Assembly (NCBI GenBank): GCA_043744255.1
Contig: JAYTVA010000062.1
Span: forward strand, 7,843 to 71,842
Reading direction: 5' to 3'
Origin: Burkholderiales bacterium
GTDB lineage: Bacteria; Pseudomonadota; Gammaproteobacteria; Burkholderiales; Usitatibacteraceae
DNA length: 64,000 nucleotides
The translations under genes were made by a program, and so were the position numbers. Numbering within the stretch: the first letter of the stretch is position 1; each line of letters begins with the position of its first letter. This document shows, one piece after another, positions 1-8,982 of the stretch. Below the pieces are notes generated by a model that saw only the letters and a list, made by a program, of their open reading frames with translations, ran no database searches and was not told the DNA's origin.

Positions 1-337
1 ATGCGGCGTCGGGCAATACGGCATGCGTTGCCTTGGCTTCTTCGATGGCCCGATCCAAGGCGCGTCCAACGAAGCGGCCAAAACTTTCGCCGGAAGCCTG
101 GCGGGCATCGTTGATCGCGGCGAACCGGGTCGATATGGCAGTCACGAGCGCGGGCAGAAACAGCCTGGCAAAGGCCGAGCGCGAAAGTCCAGCCACTTGG
201 CTTGCTGCGTCAAGGCACTTGGCATCGCCACGGTCGAGTCTCAGCAAGACTTGGTCATGGCATGCCTTCGACTTTGCATAAGCGCTCCTGTTGGCGACGC
301 TCTTTCGTTCTCGCGCCGAGTCTTCTTCGCCGGACAT
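1..337 (-). CDS. Ribbon-helix-helix-like DNA-binding protein, N-terminal part only (the gene runs off the left edge)
   Basis: Absent from the ORF track because there is no stop in the window. My translation from ATG 337 (aaagggggttatcc upstream) reads MSGEEDSARERKSVANRSAYAKSKACHDQVLLRLDRGDAKCLDAASQVAGLSRSAFARLFL... The segment VLLRLD..AGLSRSAFARLFL resembles a CopG/RHH strand-helix-helix. Confidence 0.35.
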   Translation of the reverse strand, partial: MSGEEDSARERKSVANRSAYAKSKACHDQVLLRLDRGDAKCLDAASQVAGLSRSAFARLFLPALVTAISTRFAAINDARQASGESFGRFVGRALDRAIEEAKATHAVLPDAA

Positions 338-425
338 GGATAACCCCCTTTGCCACTAAGGCTGGCGGGGGCCTTGATGCCCAGAAATTTATATCGTCAT
401 CTTGACCAGCGGCACTTTATGGGCG

Positions 426-848
426 CTACCGGAGGGGTGAAATGCCGCGCCTTTCACACATCTGCACGAACGCGTCGTGAGCGTCTGCATGCTTGAAGAC
501 CACTGCTGACTTGCTGGATTTTCTGGCTGGTCGCTCATGCGGGGTCTCGTCGTTGCAGCCGTGCGGCCAATCGCGTCCGAGCATCCAGGCAACCAAGTCG
601 TCAATCAAGAAAAGCGGCTTGCGGTCGGCAAGCCTGTGGGGGATGACGAAGCGATTCGATCTGATTTGATCGTGAACAGTGGTGCGGCCCAAGCCTAGGA
701 TGAGAGCGATGGTGGGAGCGCCGGCATACTCACCGGTCAAGCCATAGCGGTTGCAAAGCTGCGCCCGGAGACACCCATGTTCGGATGGATCAATCTTGGA
801 ATCGTTATCTGAATTGTTTGGCTCCACGCCCACATAGGCTGGCGTCAT
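426..848 (-). CDS. AlpA/excisionase-like helix-turn-helix protein
   Basis: The segment APTIALILGLGRTTVHDQIRSNRFVIPHRLADRKPLFLIDDLVAWM matches the AlpA/MerR-type HTH pattern (HTH ... W at the end). Start taken at the internal ATG (MTPAYVG); the longer 1025 start is an arginine-rich extension. Confidence 0.55.
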   Translation of the reverse strand: MTPAYVGVEPNNSDNDSKIDPSEHGCLRAQLCNRYGLTGEYAGAPTIALILGLGRTTVHDQIRSNRFVIPHRLADRKPLFLIDDLVAWMLGRDWPHGCNDETPHERPARKSSKSAVVFKHADAHDAFVQMCERRGISPLR

Positions 849-1342
849 AGGCGATTGCCATGTCGTTATGACCGGCGGCATTCGCTTAATTTCTGCGACC
901 GTTGGTCGGAACTGCGAAGCGCAGTGACGGGCGGTTCGCCCTGTTCGATGGGTGCGATGAAGCCAAATCGTTAACCGATTTGGACGTTGACTGCGCCTAA
1001 GGTTTGGCGCAAGCGGTCGAGTCAATGTGTCTGATCAATAGTGTTTGTAAGGAAGCTCGTGCCAAGTCAAGGTTAAGAGAGAACCGGGTGATTCTTGTCG
1101 GAACTTCCATTTTGGTAATACAGGGCAATCGACTCTGCTGCGGGGGTTGTGTTCACGATGCGTTTCTCCCTATGAAGATAAGTGTGTTGGGCTTCATTCA
1201 ATTTACCAAACTAAGACGCCCAATACCAGGACCACTGCGCTGCCACTGCATTTTTAAACAAGTCAAGGCGTCCTCCTGTCGGAAAACCAATAACAAAGAG
1301 CCGCTCGCCAGCCTAGGAAAAGCGGACAAACAAGGAGGAGAC

Positions 1343-2686
1343 ATGGCCATTCAAGTCATCAAGGACAAAGCCGGGAAGCCTGTTAAATTTCAGGTCCAAA
1401 TCAGAGTCCCGAACGAAAAGTCAGTGTCGAAGACCTTCACGAGCTTCGAGGCTGCGGAGGAGTATGAGCGGCACGCCATGGACGCGATCCGGGCGCTGCG
1501 CTCCGCGCCCGAGACGCGCCGCGTGTATTCCAGGCAGATGAAGCCGGTGGGAGTGGCGTCGCTGGCGTCCATGCGGGTCGCGTTCCTCGCCGCTGAGTTT
1601 GCCAAGGAAGAGCCCGAGCACGGCTACTCGAGATATGCAAAGAGGATCGGCGAGTTGGTTGGCGACGCGCGCGTGTGCGAGCTCGATAAGAAGTGGACCA
1701 AGCAGTTCTGCGAGTCGATGCGTGCGAGTAAGGCCCATAACAAGGAAACGTGCTTCGCCGAGGGCACCATTGGGCAATACATCGCGATGATCCGGCGCAT
1801 GTGCAACTGGAGGGCGGAGAGCCTTGGGATCGACAGGCCGCGCCTCGGTTTGACCACCGACTTCCTCAAGCCTGGCTGGGACGACGGGCGCGAGCGCCGC
1901 CTGCGGGGCAACGAGGAGGCCCGCATCCGCGAAGAGCTGGGGTTCGTGGGCGCCAAGAAGCTATGGGGGAAGGGCCGCTCGCCAGGGCAGCGGGGAAAAC
2001 CTTGGGCGTGCGCGCGCCACTACCAATTGATCTTCGATTTCGCGATAGAGACCTGCGCCCGAGAGGCGGAAATGGTGGAGCTGCCATGGAGCGAGGTGGA
2101 CTTGGAGCGCCGGGTCTGGGTCTTGCCTGCGGATAGGTCGAAGACCGAGAGGCGGCGCAAAATCTACTTGACGCCCAAGGCCGTGGAGATTCTCAAAGAG
2201 TTGTCGCGCGACATGGAGCCAAGCAGCCCGTTGGTGTTTCACCGGCTCCCCACCACGAAAGGATTCAGCAACACGTTCCACCAGGTTATCGAAAGGCTCG
2301 ACATCGAGGATCTTGTGTTTCATGACTTGCGCCACGAGGGCATCAGCCGCCATCGCCTAGCGAAGAATTTTGAACCCGAGGTGTTGATGAAGATGGTGGG
2401 GCATTCAAGTGTGAAGATGACTATGGTTTACTTTAATCCCGAAGATGAGGAGGTGCTGGCTCACATGGAGGCCGCGAAGCTCAGAAGTCACGTCCCTGAC
2501 CTGCCGCCAGCGCATTTGATGGAGGCCGTCGAAGCGATGCTGGCCCAAAAATTTGCGAGTCTTATGTCGTCGCTGGCCAGCGCTCAAACCGCGCTTCAAA
2601 GCTCGAATGCAATGGAGCGAGAGCAGTTCGCCAAACAACTGCAAGCCTTTGTGGCTATCGCGCCCCAAGGCCCGCTCAGGCTGTAG
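1343..2686 (+). CDS. Tyrosine recombinase / phage-type integrase
   Basis: C-terminal catalytic signatures HDLRHEGISR and VGHSSVKMTMVY (H-x-x-R ... H ... Y). Strong RBS caaggaggagac precedes ATG 1343. The track start at 1004 is an upstream extension. Confidence 0.85.
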   Translation: MAIQVIKDKAGKPVKFQVQIRVPNEKSVSKTFTSFEAAEEYERHAMDAIRALRSAPETRRVYSRQMKPVGVASLASMRVAFLAAEFAKEEPEHGYSRYAKRIGELVGDARVCELDKKWTKQFCESMRASKAHNKETCFAEGTIGQYIAMIRRMCNWRAESLGIDRPRLGLTTDFLKPGWDDGRERRLRGNEEARIREELGFVGAKKLWGKGRSPGQRGKPWACARHYQLIFDFAIETCAREAEMVELPWSEVDLERRVWVLPADRSKTERRRKIYLTPKAVEILKELSRDMEPSSPLVFHRLPTTKGFSNTFHQVIERLDIEDLVFHDLRHEGISRHRLAKNFEPEVLMKMVGHSSVKMTMVYFNPEDEEVLAHMEAAKLRSHVPDLPPAHLMEAVEAMLAQKFASLMSSLASAQTALQSSNAMEREQFAKQLQAFVAIAPQGPLRL

Positions 2687-2873
2687 TTCCGATTCTCAGT
2701 CGTCTCATGGTCATCCGTTTCGAAGCGGCCGCCGCGCGCCTGCCAGCGGAACCACGTCATAAGCCATTGCGTCCCCAGGGCGAATCGAACGACAAAGGCG
2801 TGCGGAGTTCAAGGCGCCCATCCACCGTGAGGTGATGGCTGACACGCGACGCAAGGGCTTTGATGTGGAATGA

Positions 2874-2902
2874 GAAACGCCGGGTTGATAGCCCGGCGTT
2901 TC
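2874..2902. terminator. Perfect 11-bp stem hairpin downstream of the integrase gene
   Basis: gaaacgccggg-ttgatag-cccggcgtttc. There is no clean U-run on either strand, so its function is uncertain. Confidence 0.3.
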
Positions 2903-3081
2903 CGCCAATTCTTTTAGTGTGTAAGCAAAAAAAATAATTTAAATTATGGCGCAACGATATAAAGCGCGAACGTTTTATAGTGTTTTAAAGGAGAGCGAGC
3001 TACACGCATCAAACGCGAGGCTCACGATACTCTCAGGCGCAGAGCTTTGATCCTCTAAGAATTTGATACCTTCGATGCAGC

Positions 3082-3111
3082 AAAAAGGCGCCAGGGGAGA
3101 CCAGGCGCCTT
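3082..3111 (-). terminator. Rho-independent terminator of the sigma-like/S24 operon
   Basis: On the minus strand: aaggcgcc-loop-ggcgcctt followed by ttttt, 20 nt after the S24 stop (3131). Confidence 0.6.
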
Positions 3112-3130
3112 CGTCATTCATTCGGCATCA

Positions 3131-3775
3131 TCAAATTTTGCCGGCCCGCCCCTTGACCACGCCACGGATGGTCACGCGCGAGGGATCGTCAATCACGATC
3201 GACTTGAAGTCAGGATTTGCCGACTCCAAGACGAGCTGGTCGCGGTCGATGATGCGCAGCCGCTTGACCACTTGACCCTCGCCCACGATGTAGGCTAGGA
3301 CGATATCGCCGTCCTTTGGCCTGGCCTTCGAGTCGACTAGCACCACGTCTCCATCGGTGATGTGGTCCTCGCACATGGACCAGCCCGACACCTTGGCGAC
3401 GAACATCGATGTCCAATCTTGGTGGCCAAAGAAGTCGCTACCCCGCGCCTTTCGGTAAGGCACTTCGCCGCCCTCATCCATGGGGATGCCCGCCGCGACG
3501 CTCTCTTCGTAAAAGCGCAGCGACTCCAAGCTGTCTTCAAAAAGCTGAATCTCGTCGTGCTCGGAAGGCCCGGGGAGGCGTTGGGCGCGAAGCGCCGCGA
3601 TCAAGCCGTCGAACTCGGCGAGAGCTTGCCCGGGCGTTTTTCCTTGCGCGTGAAGCTCGGCCTCGACCTCCTGGGGAGTGATGGACAAAATCTCATGGAG
3701 CCGGCTGGGATATGCGCGCAAACTGTGCTGCGCCTCGATGCTTCTGCTGCTGTGGTTGTTGTGTTGGTGCGCCAT
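3131..3775 (-). CDS. S24 (LexA/UmuD-like) self-cleaving serine peptidase, N-terminal domain without a recognisable HTH
   Basis: LexA-type motifs are present: Ala-Gly site in SVAAGIPM, Ser nucleophile in VSGWSM, and Lys in QVVKRL. RBS aaggagga precedes ATG 3775. The 363-aa track ORF is an Arg-rich upstream extension. Confidence 0.75.
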   Translation of the reverse strand: MAHQHNNHSSRSIEAQHSLRAYPSRLHEILSITPQEVEAELHAQGKTPGQALAEFDGLIAALRAQRLPGPSEHDEIQLFEDSLESLRFYEESVAAGIPMDEGGEVPYRKARGSDFFGHQDWTSMFVAKVSGWSMCEDHITDGDVVLVDSKARPKDGDIVLAYIVGEGQVVKRLRIIDRDQLVLESANPDFKSIVIDDPSRVTIRGVVKGRAGKI

Positions 3776-3825
3776 GGCGTCCTCCTTATCGGGATGGTGG
3801 GTTGGGTTCGGTCGGGCATCGCGGC

Positions 3826-4392
3826 TCATAGAGGGTTTCTCCGGCCAAAGATTTTCAAGCGGTTGACCACCCGTTGCCGGGCGGCCTTCACAGCGAGCGC
3901 GTCCATGCCGAATGCCCCGCACATGTCTTGGGGGCCAAGTCCGGCGACCATGCCCTCGAGCACCTGCAAGCCTTGCTCGTCTTTGCCCAGCGTGGCTTTG
4001 GCAAATCGGACTGCCTTGCGCGTGAGCGCCGTCCGCTCGTTGAGCAACGCGGCGTCCTCGGCAGACATCACCGGCTCGTATTGGGGCGGCGTGCTGCGGT
4101 GATCGTTTTCGCCTAGCGAGTCGATCGAAACGTTCGACCTCTCTGCGCGATGGCGCGAGTTGCTTGCAACGCTTCGAACGCATCCAGCGATGAAAACCGC
4201 AAGCTCGATGTCGCGTGGCCAATGTCGGTCGCCATCGAGGACTTTGACGATGACCTCATTGATGATGTCCATCGCGCTGGTGAAGGGTGTTCCGCCGATG
4301 CATCGGTGGGCGTAGGCGTCCAGCAGCAGCTTCTCCTGAGGGGTGAGCCGCGCGAGGGCATCGAAGAAATCTTGGTGTGTTCTGTCATTCAT
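3826..4392 (-). CDS. ECF-type sigma-70 family-like protein
   Basis: Region-2-like AMDIINEVIVKVLDG..WPRDIELAVFIAGCVRSVASNSRHR and region-4-like HTH LGPQDMCGAFGMDALAVKAARQRVVNRLK. Lies 50 nt upstream of, and co-directional with, the S24 gene. Confidence 0.5.
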   Translation of the reverse strand: MNDRTHQDFFDALARLTPQEKLLLDAYAHRCIGGTPFTSAMDIINEVIVKVLDGDRHWPRDIELAVFIAGCVRSVASNSRHRAERSNVSIDSLGENDHRSTPPQYEPVMSAEDAALLNERTALTRKAVRFAKATLGKDEQGLQVLEGMVAGLGPQDMCGAFGMDALAVKAARQRVVNRLKIFGRRNPL

Positions 4393-4615
4393 AGCGCTCC
4401 TTATCGTTTTGCTTTTGTGCGAACTGCGTTGTGTGGCTCATCAAGCCGGAGCGCCGCGCAGCCATGCAGCGCTCCTGTCTTACTTGCTGGCTGGGTGGCA
4501 TGCAAGCGCGCTGGGTTCAGACTGAGCCGATAAGAGGCGCGCGCGACCGTTGGTCGATCAGGCGCGCGAGGCGGCGTGTAGCCCGGCATTCCCATCGGAA
4601 TGACAGGGAGACGGC

Positions 4616-6949
4616 ATGGATGACAAAACAATTTACGACTGGGGGCAGTCGCCGCCGATGGCTCCTTCGATCAAGCGGGTGGACCCGCTGAACTGGATCG
4701 TGGCGAGCGTTGTCTTAGGCGTTGCGGCAGCCGTGGTGGCGCTGCTGTTGGCGTGGCGGCCCATCCCCGGTCTTTCGATGCCGCCCGGGCCGCTGTCAGA
4801 GCATGCGAGCTACTGGCTGAAAATGACGGCGCACGCGGTCGCGCGCTCGCTATTTGCCGATGAGGCGCGGTTCTACCGGGGCTTTTTTATGGGCCTGCCA
4901 GCAGATCAGCGAAACGGGTTGATTTGGCGCGTTGCCTTCGCGGCTTGGGCCTTCCTCATGCCTGCGGTATTTCTGGCCAAGTCATCGCTTCGCGCGCGCG
5001 ATGGGCTGATTCATCTAAGAGGTTCGAGCCGCCATCACGGGCCGGCGGCGGCCAAGCATTTAGTCGCTGCGCTGCGGAGTCGGTTCGAGCGCAGGCCTGA
5101 CCACGAAATCGCGCCCGGCGTTGGCTATCCCGCCGACATGTTCACCAGGCACGTGCTGGTGGTGGCGGGTGTCGGCGCTGGCAAGTCGACCGCGCTCAAA
5201 GGCCTGATCGACAAGATCGTGGCGTCCGGCGAACAGATGCTTCTATTCGACCCGAAAAGCGAGTTCACCATCGGCTTTGCCAAACCTGCCCTGATGGCGC
5301 CGTGGGACCAGCGCAGCCTGTCATGGGACATTGCCCGCGACATGCGCAACCTCTTGGACATGCGCCGCTTTGCCGCGACGATGATCCGCGAGAGCCAAGA
5401 CCCGATGTGGTCGAACGCCTCGCGCCAGCTCCTCGTGGGTTTGATGCTCTATCTGCGGGCGACACGGGGGACCGATTGGGGTTGGTTGGAGTTGCGCGAG
5501 CTCATCGCCGTGCCGCAGGCTCAACTTCTCTCCATCATGAAGCAGTGGCATCCGGAGGCGGTGCGCGCCGTGGAAAAGGCCTCCGTCACCACCGCCGGCA
5601 TCCTGATCAATTTGTCATCGTTCTGTTCGGCCATATTCGACTTGGCCGAGGCATGGGGGGACGTTCCAGCCGATCGCCGCATTAGCTTCGTCGAGTGGAC
5701 GCAGGGCCGCTCCAAGTTCCCGCAAATCATCTTGCAGGGGCATGGCGCGTATGCCGAGCTCACCAAGAGCTATGTGGAGGGCATCGTCGGCATCGTGTCG
5801 GCCATCGTCAACAGTGTCGAGATGGAGGACGACCCGAGCCGCAAGATATGGTTCATCGCCGACGAGTTCGCGCAGATGGGCAAGATTCCGGTGCGTCCGC
5901 TCTTCGAGGTCGGCCGTTCGCGCGGGGTGCGTTGTGTGGTTGCGTGCCAAGACTTCGCGCAGCTTGAAGAAATTTACGGCGCGGCGATGGTGAAGGCGTT
6001 GATCGGTATGTGCGGCACGCTGTTGGTGGGCCAGATCATGCAAGGCGAGACGGCCGAGCAGCTTTGCAAGGCCTTCGGCTCCCGCGATGTCGAGCGCGCG
6101 AACATGTCCGCATCCTATGGCGGCGCCGGGAGCGGCCCGAATCGATCAACCACGCTCTCATTTAATCGCGACGAGGTGGCGCTCTATAAGCCCTCCGAGT
6201 TGTCCTCCCGTCTGGGACTGACCGAAGACGGCAGCGGTGTCGTGCTGATCCTATTCACGGGCGGACAGGCCTACGAGCTTTTCTGGCCGCATTACCAACT
6301 TCGGCGCGAGCGCGTCGCGCACTGCCCCGCGCCATGGACATTGGGACCCGTTGGAGTCTCCAACCGTGGCGATGCTCCCCATGCGTCGGATGGATATGCG
6401 CATGAGCATGAGCATGAGCTGCCCATCAGAGTCGAGTCAGAGTCGGTGGGTGCGGTGGGTGCGGTGGGTGCGGTGGGTGCAGTGGGTGCAGTGGAGGCGG
6501 TGGAGGCGGTGGAGGCGGGGCAGATGCGGGAGGGGAGCGAGCCGATCTTCTCTGAATTGTCCGGCCGCGAAGGTGAGGGGACGGCACTAACGACCCGGCC
6601 CACACTGACGGTCGCCGTGCCGGCCTCCGTTCTGTCCGCGCCATTGGAGGTGAGGGCAGCGCACACCCAACCCGACCGCGCTGACAACGGCACAGAAGCA
6701 GAGCCTAGTCCGCTTGCCGAAGCGGTTGTCGAGGCTGCCTTGCATGGAGCCGGGTTAGACACTGTGTCGATCGCGACAGTCGCGTTGAGCGTCGCAGACG
6801 CAGTCGTCGATGGCCGCAGTAGTCCGCGCGAAGAAGTGATCCTCAGACAACCCGCGCCAACACCGCCAGTGCCTCAGGATCACCAGTCAATGACTGGCAA
6901 CCAAGGTAATCGCAAGCCTCGCAATCCGCGCCGAATCTTCCCAAGCTAA
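4616..6949 (+). CDS. Type IV secretion coupling protein (TraD/VirD4 family) with a long disordered, repeat-bearing C-terminus
   Basis: N-terminal TM segments, Walker A VVAGVGAGKST, Walker B WFIADEFAQMGK, and VVACQDFAQLEEIYG. RBS agggagacggc precedes the ATG. Confidence 0.8.
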   Translation: MDDKTIYDWGQSPPMAPSIKRVDPLNWIVASVVLGVAAAVVALLLAWRPIPGLSMPPGPLSEHASYWLKMTAHAVARSLFADEARFYRGFFMGLPADQRNGLIWRVAFAAWAFLMPAVFLAKSSLRARDGLIHLRGSSRHHGPAAAKHLVAALRSRFERRPDHEIAPGVGYPADMFTRHVLVVAGVGAGKSTALKGLIDKIVASGEQMLLFDPKSEFTIGFAKPALMAPWDQRSLSWDIARDMRNLLDMRRFAATMIRESQDPMWSNASRQLLVGLMLYLRATRGTDWGWLELRELIAVPQAQLLSIMKQWHPEAVRAVEKASVTTAGILINLSSFCSAIFDLAEAWGDVPADRRISFVEWTQGRSKFPQIILQGHGAYAELTKSYVEGIVGIVSAIVNSVEMEDDPSRKIWFIADEFAQMGKIPVRPLFEVGRSRGVRCVVACQDFAQLEEIYGAAMVKALIGMCGTLLVGQIMQGETAEQLCKAFGSRDVERANMSASYGGAGSGPNRSTTLSFNRDEVALYKPSELSSRLGLTEDGSGVVLILFTGGQAYELFWPHYQLRRERVAHCPAPWTLGPVGVSNRGDAPHASDGYAHEHEHELPIRVESESVGAVGAVGAVGAVGAVEAVEAVEAGQMREGSEPIFSELSGREGEGTALTTRPTLTVAVPASVLSAPLEVRAAHTQPDRADNGTEAEPSPLAEAVVEAALHGAGLDTVSIATVALSVADAVVDGRSSPREEVILRQPAPTPPVPQDHQSMTGNQGNRKPRNPRRIFPS
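6401..6517 (+). repeat. In-frame microsatellites inside the coupling-protein gene: (catgag)x3, then eight 9-bp units
   Basis: catgagcatgagcatgag (HEHEHE) at 6401-6418. gtgggtgcg/a x5 plus gtggaggcg x3 at 6446-6517 encode (VGA)5(VEA)3. Confidence 0.9.
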
Positions 6950-7078
6950 CTGCCAAAGCGGGGTGGCCGCTTGGCACTCGCATATCCGTTCGAGCGCGAT
7001 CAATCGTGGCGATTGAACGTGTGGCGAGCCTACGTGGATGAAGGCCGGAGCGTCCGGCTAATCGACGAGGAGCGAGAA

Positions 7079-7573
7079 ATGCGTAAGAGCGAAATGCAAG
7101 AAGGCGGCCAATCGCGGGACGAAGCCAAAACTTCGGAGGTGCCACTAACGGTAGAGCCGTCCGAAGACGAGACGACTTTGTTGAGTGGGGACGAGCTTGA
7201 AATCATCGGCGACCTCGGCAGCGAGTTCGATGACCCTGAGGGCGCGATGTCCGAGCGCCCGGACTATTGGATGCAACAGCCCGCCCCACCGCTTCCGACG
7301 CGTGCCGCATTCATGCGCCACCGGATCAACGAGCTTTTCGATATCGCGCGCTCATGGAAGTCGGGCTCGGAGCCGGCGTGGCCGGCAACCGCATTTTCCG
7401 ACGCGCAATGGCGTGGCTTGGCCGATTCAGTCTTCGATCTCGGAGGCCTTGCCGAAGTTGCTGACGGCAGTTCGTCAAAAGAGAAGCAGCCAGAGGGCAC
7501 CCACACCCAGTTGGGAGGAGGCGGGCTTCGAGATACCCGGCGGCGCCGGCGCGAAGACAGCCCAAGCGGCTGA
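7079..7573 (+). CDS. Hypothetical acidic protein (3' end and frame uncertain)
   Basis: RBS gaggag precedes ATG 7079. Acidic N-terminus (SEDETTLLSGDELEIIGDLGSEFDDPEG). The overlapping frame 7185..7655 gives an equally protein-like tail. Confidence 0.3.
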   Translation: MRKSEMQEGGQSRDEAKTSEVPLTVEPSEDETTLLSGDELEIIGDLGSEFDDPEGAMSERPDYWMQQPAPPLPTRAAFMRHRINELFDIARSWKSGSEPAWPATAFSDAQWRGLADSVFDLGGLAEVADGSSSKEKQPEGTHTQLGGGGLRDTRRRRREDSPSG

Positions 7574-7720
7574 CTTCGAAGACCCTGCGCGTCGCGCTGC
7601 AAAGGCCAGCGCCACGCCAAGCAATGCGAAGGCTACCGACGAGGCGAACGGGTAGTGGGGCGGGACCGGTAGAGCAAAAACGAGTGCTTCGACAACAACA
7701 AAAACAAAAGGGGGGACGCC

Positions 7721-8749
7721 ATGAATAAAGCCAAGGAACAACAGCCATCAGACGAAACGCGTGTCAACGTGAAGTCGCAAGTGGCGCAAATGCTCATCGA
7801 CGCCATGGAGCGGGGCGACACGCCATGGCAGCGTCCATGGGATGCGGAGCAAGGCTCGCCGATGAACGCCATGAACCCCACCACAGGCAATGCCTACAAG
7901 GGCGTGAATCGCATCCTGCTTGCCATCGCAGGCGCTGGCTTCGGCTCGAACCATTGGATGACCTACCAACAGGCCGCCGCCAAGGGCTGGAATGTCAGGA
8001 AGGGCGAGAAGGGCAGCATGATCGTCAAAGTGGTGGAGCTGGGGCGCAGCAGTGACGGTGGCGAAGGTGCCACGCGCGCCGATGGCGCATCCAGCGGCGA
8101 TGCTGGCAGCCGGGAGTCCGACAGGGAAAGGAACGCAGGCCACGCGCTCAAACGCTACTGGGTCTTCAACGCTGAGCAAATTGAAGGCATGCCGCAGGCG
8201 GAGCCGAAAGTCGTGAGCGATTTCGAGCCTGTTGAGAAGGCCGAGGCGATCATGGAGGCGCTCAAAGAGCGGACAGGGCTGCTTGTGATCCACGGCGGCA
8301 ACAGGGCGTGCTACGTGCCTGCCCTTGACGAAATCAGGCTGCCTCCGAAGCAGGCATTTCATTCGGTCTACGACCTGTGGGCCACCGAGCTTCACGAGGC
8401 CGCTCACTCAACGATGCACGAGAAGCGGCTTGATCGCAGCGAGGCGTATGCGAAACGGTGGGGCGACTCTGCCTATGCACTCGAAGAGCTCACCGCAGAA
8501 ATTGCCTCGGCCATTTTGGCCAGCGAGACCGGTGTGCCCATGTGCCAGGACACGAAGCACATCCAAGCCCACGGCAGTTATCTGCGCAGCTGGATCAAGG
8601 CCATAGAAAACGACCCCATGGCGATCTTCACCGCCGCGAAAAACGCTGACCGAATCTGCGAATACATGCTCGGATTGGAGCGTCAGCGCACCGAGCTAGC
8701 ACCGCACAAGGAGTGGGTCGAAGAGTATGACTGCGCAAGGTCTGCTTGA
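7721..8749 (+). CDS. ardC: ArdC-type antirestriction protein (N-terminal ssDNA-binding domain plus zincin metalloprotease domain)
   Basis: N-terminal TPWQRPW...NAYKGVNRILL...WMTYQQA motif set and a C-terminal HEAAH (HExxH) with a downstream EELTAE. Confidence 0.85.
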   Translation: MNKAKEQQPSDETRVNVKSQVAQMLIDAMERGDTPWQRPWDAEQGSPMNAMNPTTGNAYKGVNRILLAIAGAGFGSNHWMTYQQAAAKGWNVRKGEKGSMIVKVVELGRSSDGGEGATRADGASSGDAGSRESDRERNAGHALKRYWVFNAEQIEGMPQAEPKVVSDFEPVEKAEAIMEALKERTGLLVIHGGNRACYVPALDEIRLPPKQAFHSVYDLWATELHEAAHSTMHEKRLDRSEAYAKRWGDSAYALEELTAEIASAILASETGVPMCQDTKHIQAHGSYLRSWIKAIENDPMAIFTAAKNADRICEYMLGLERQRTELAPHKEWVEEYDCARSA

Positions 8750-8982
8750 TTCAACGCCTGCCCGAAGGGGTCAGTGCGTTGAGTCGATTAATACAGACAG
8801 TCAACGAGATATATAAGTAATCATTGATCGCTTATCAGCGGAGAGCTGTTGAGCTAATCAATGAGATAAAACGCATGGTTATGTAACGGTGATTTTTATT
8901 CTTGTGCACTAAATATTAGTCAATCTATTGACTTGCGCTTCCCCTTTAGAGAAGAAAAAGACTCCACATAAAGGAGTCGAGA

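Noticed and set aside
1004-1342. Long N-terminal extensions in the ORF track (integrase 1004, S24 4222, serB 49043, fumarase 54427, lipoprotein 44867)
   Set aside because: The extensions use non-ATG or distant starts, are Arg/Cys-rich or read through REP elements, and overlap neighbouring genes. Internal ATGs with good RBSs give family-typical N-termini.
2795-2815. tRNA-like T-loop string (gggcgaatcgaacgac, reverse complement gtcgttcgattcgccc) near the integrase, a possible tRNA att remnant
   Set aside because: The flanking bases do not form a 5-bp T-stem. No acceptor or anticodon arms can be built around it.
4496-4511. Possible sigma54 promoter tggcatgcaagcgcgc upstream of the coupling-protein gene
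   Set aside because: The GG-N10-GC spacing is off by one and there is no TTGC-like -12 element.
6446-6517. Tandem 9-bp repeats considered as a CRISPR-like or minisatellite array
   Set aside because: The units are contiguous with no spacers. They are in frame inside the coupling-protein gene and simply encode (VGA)n(VEA)n.
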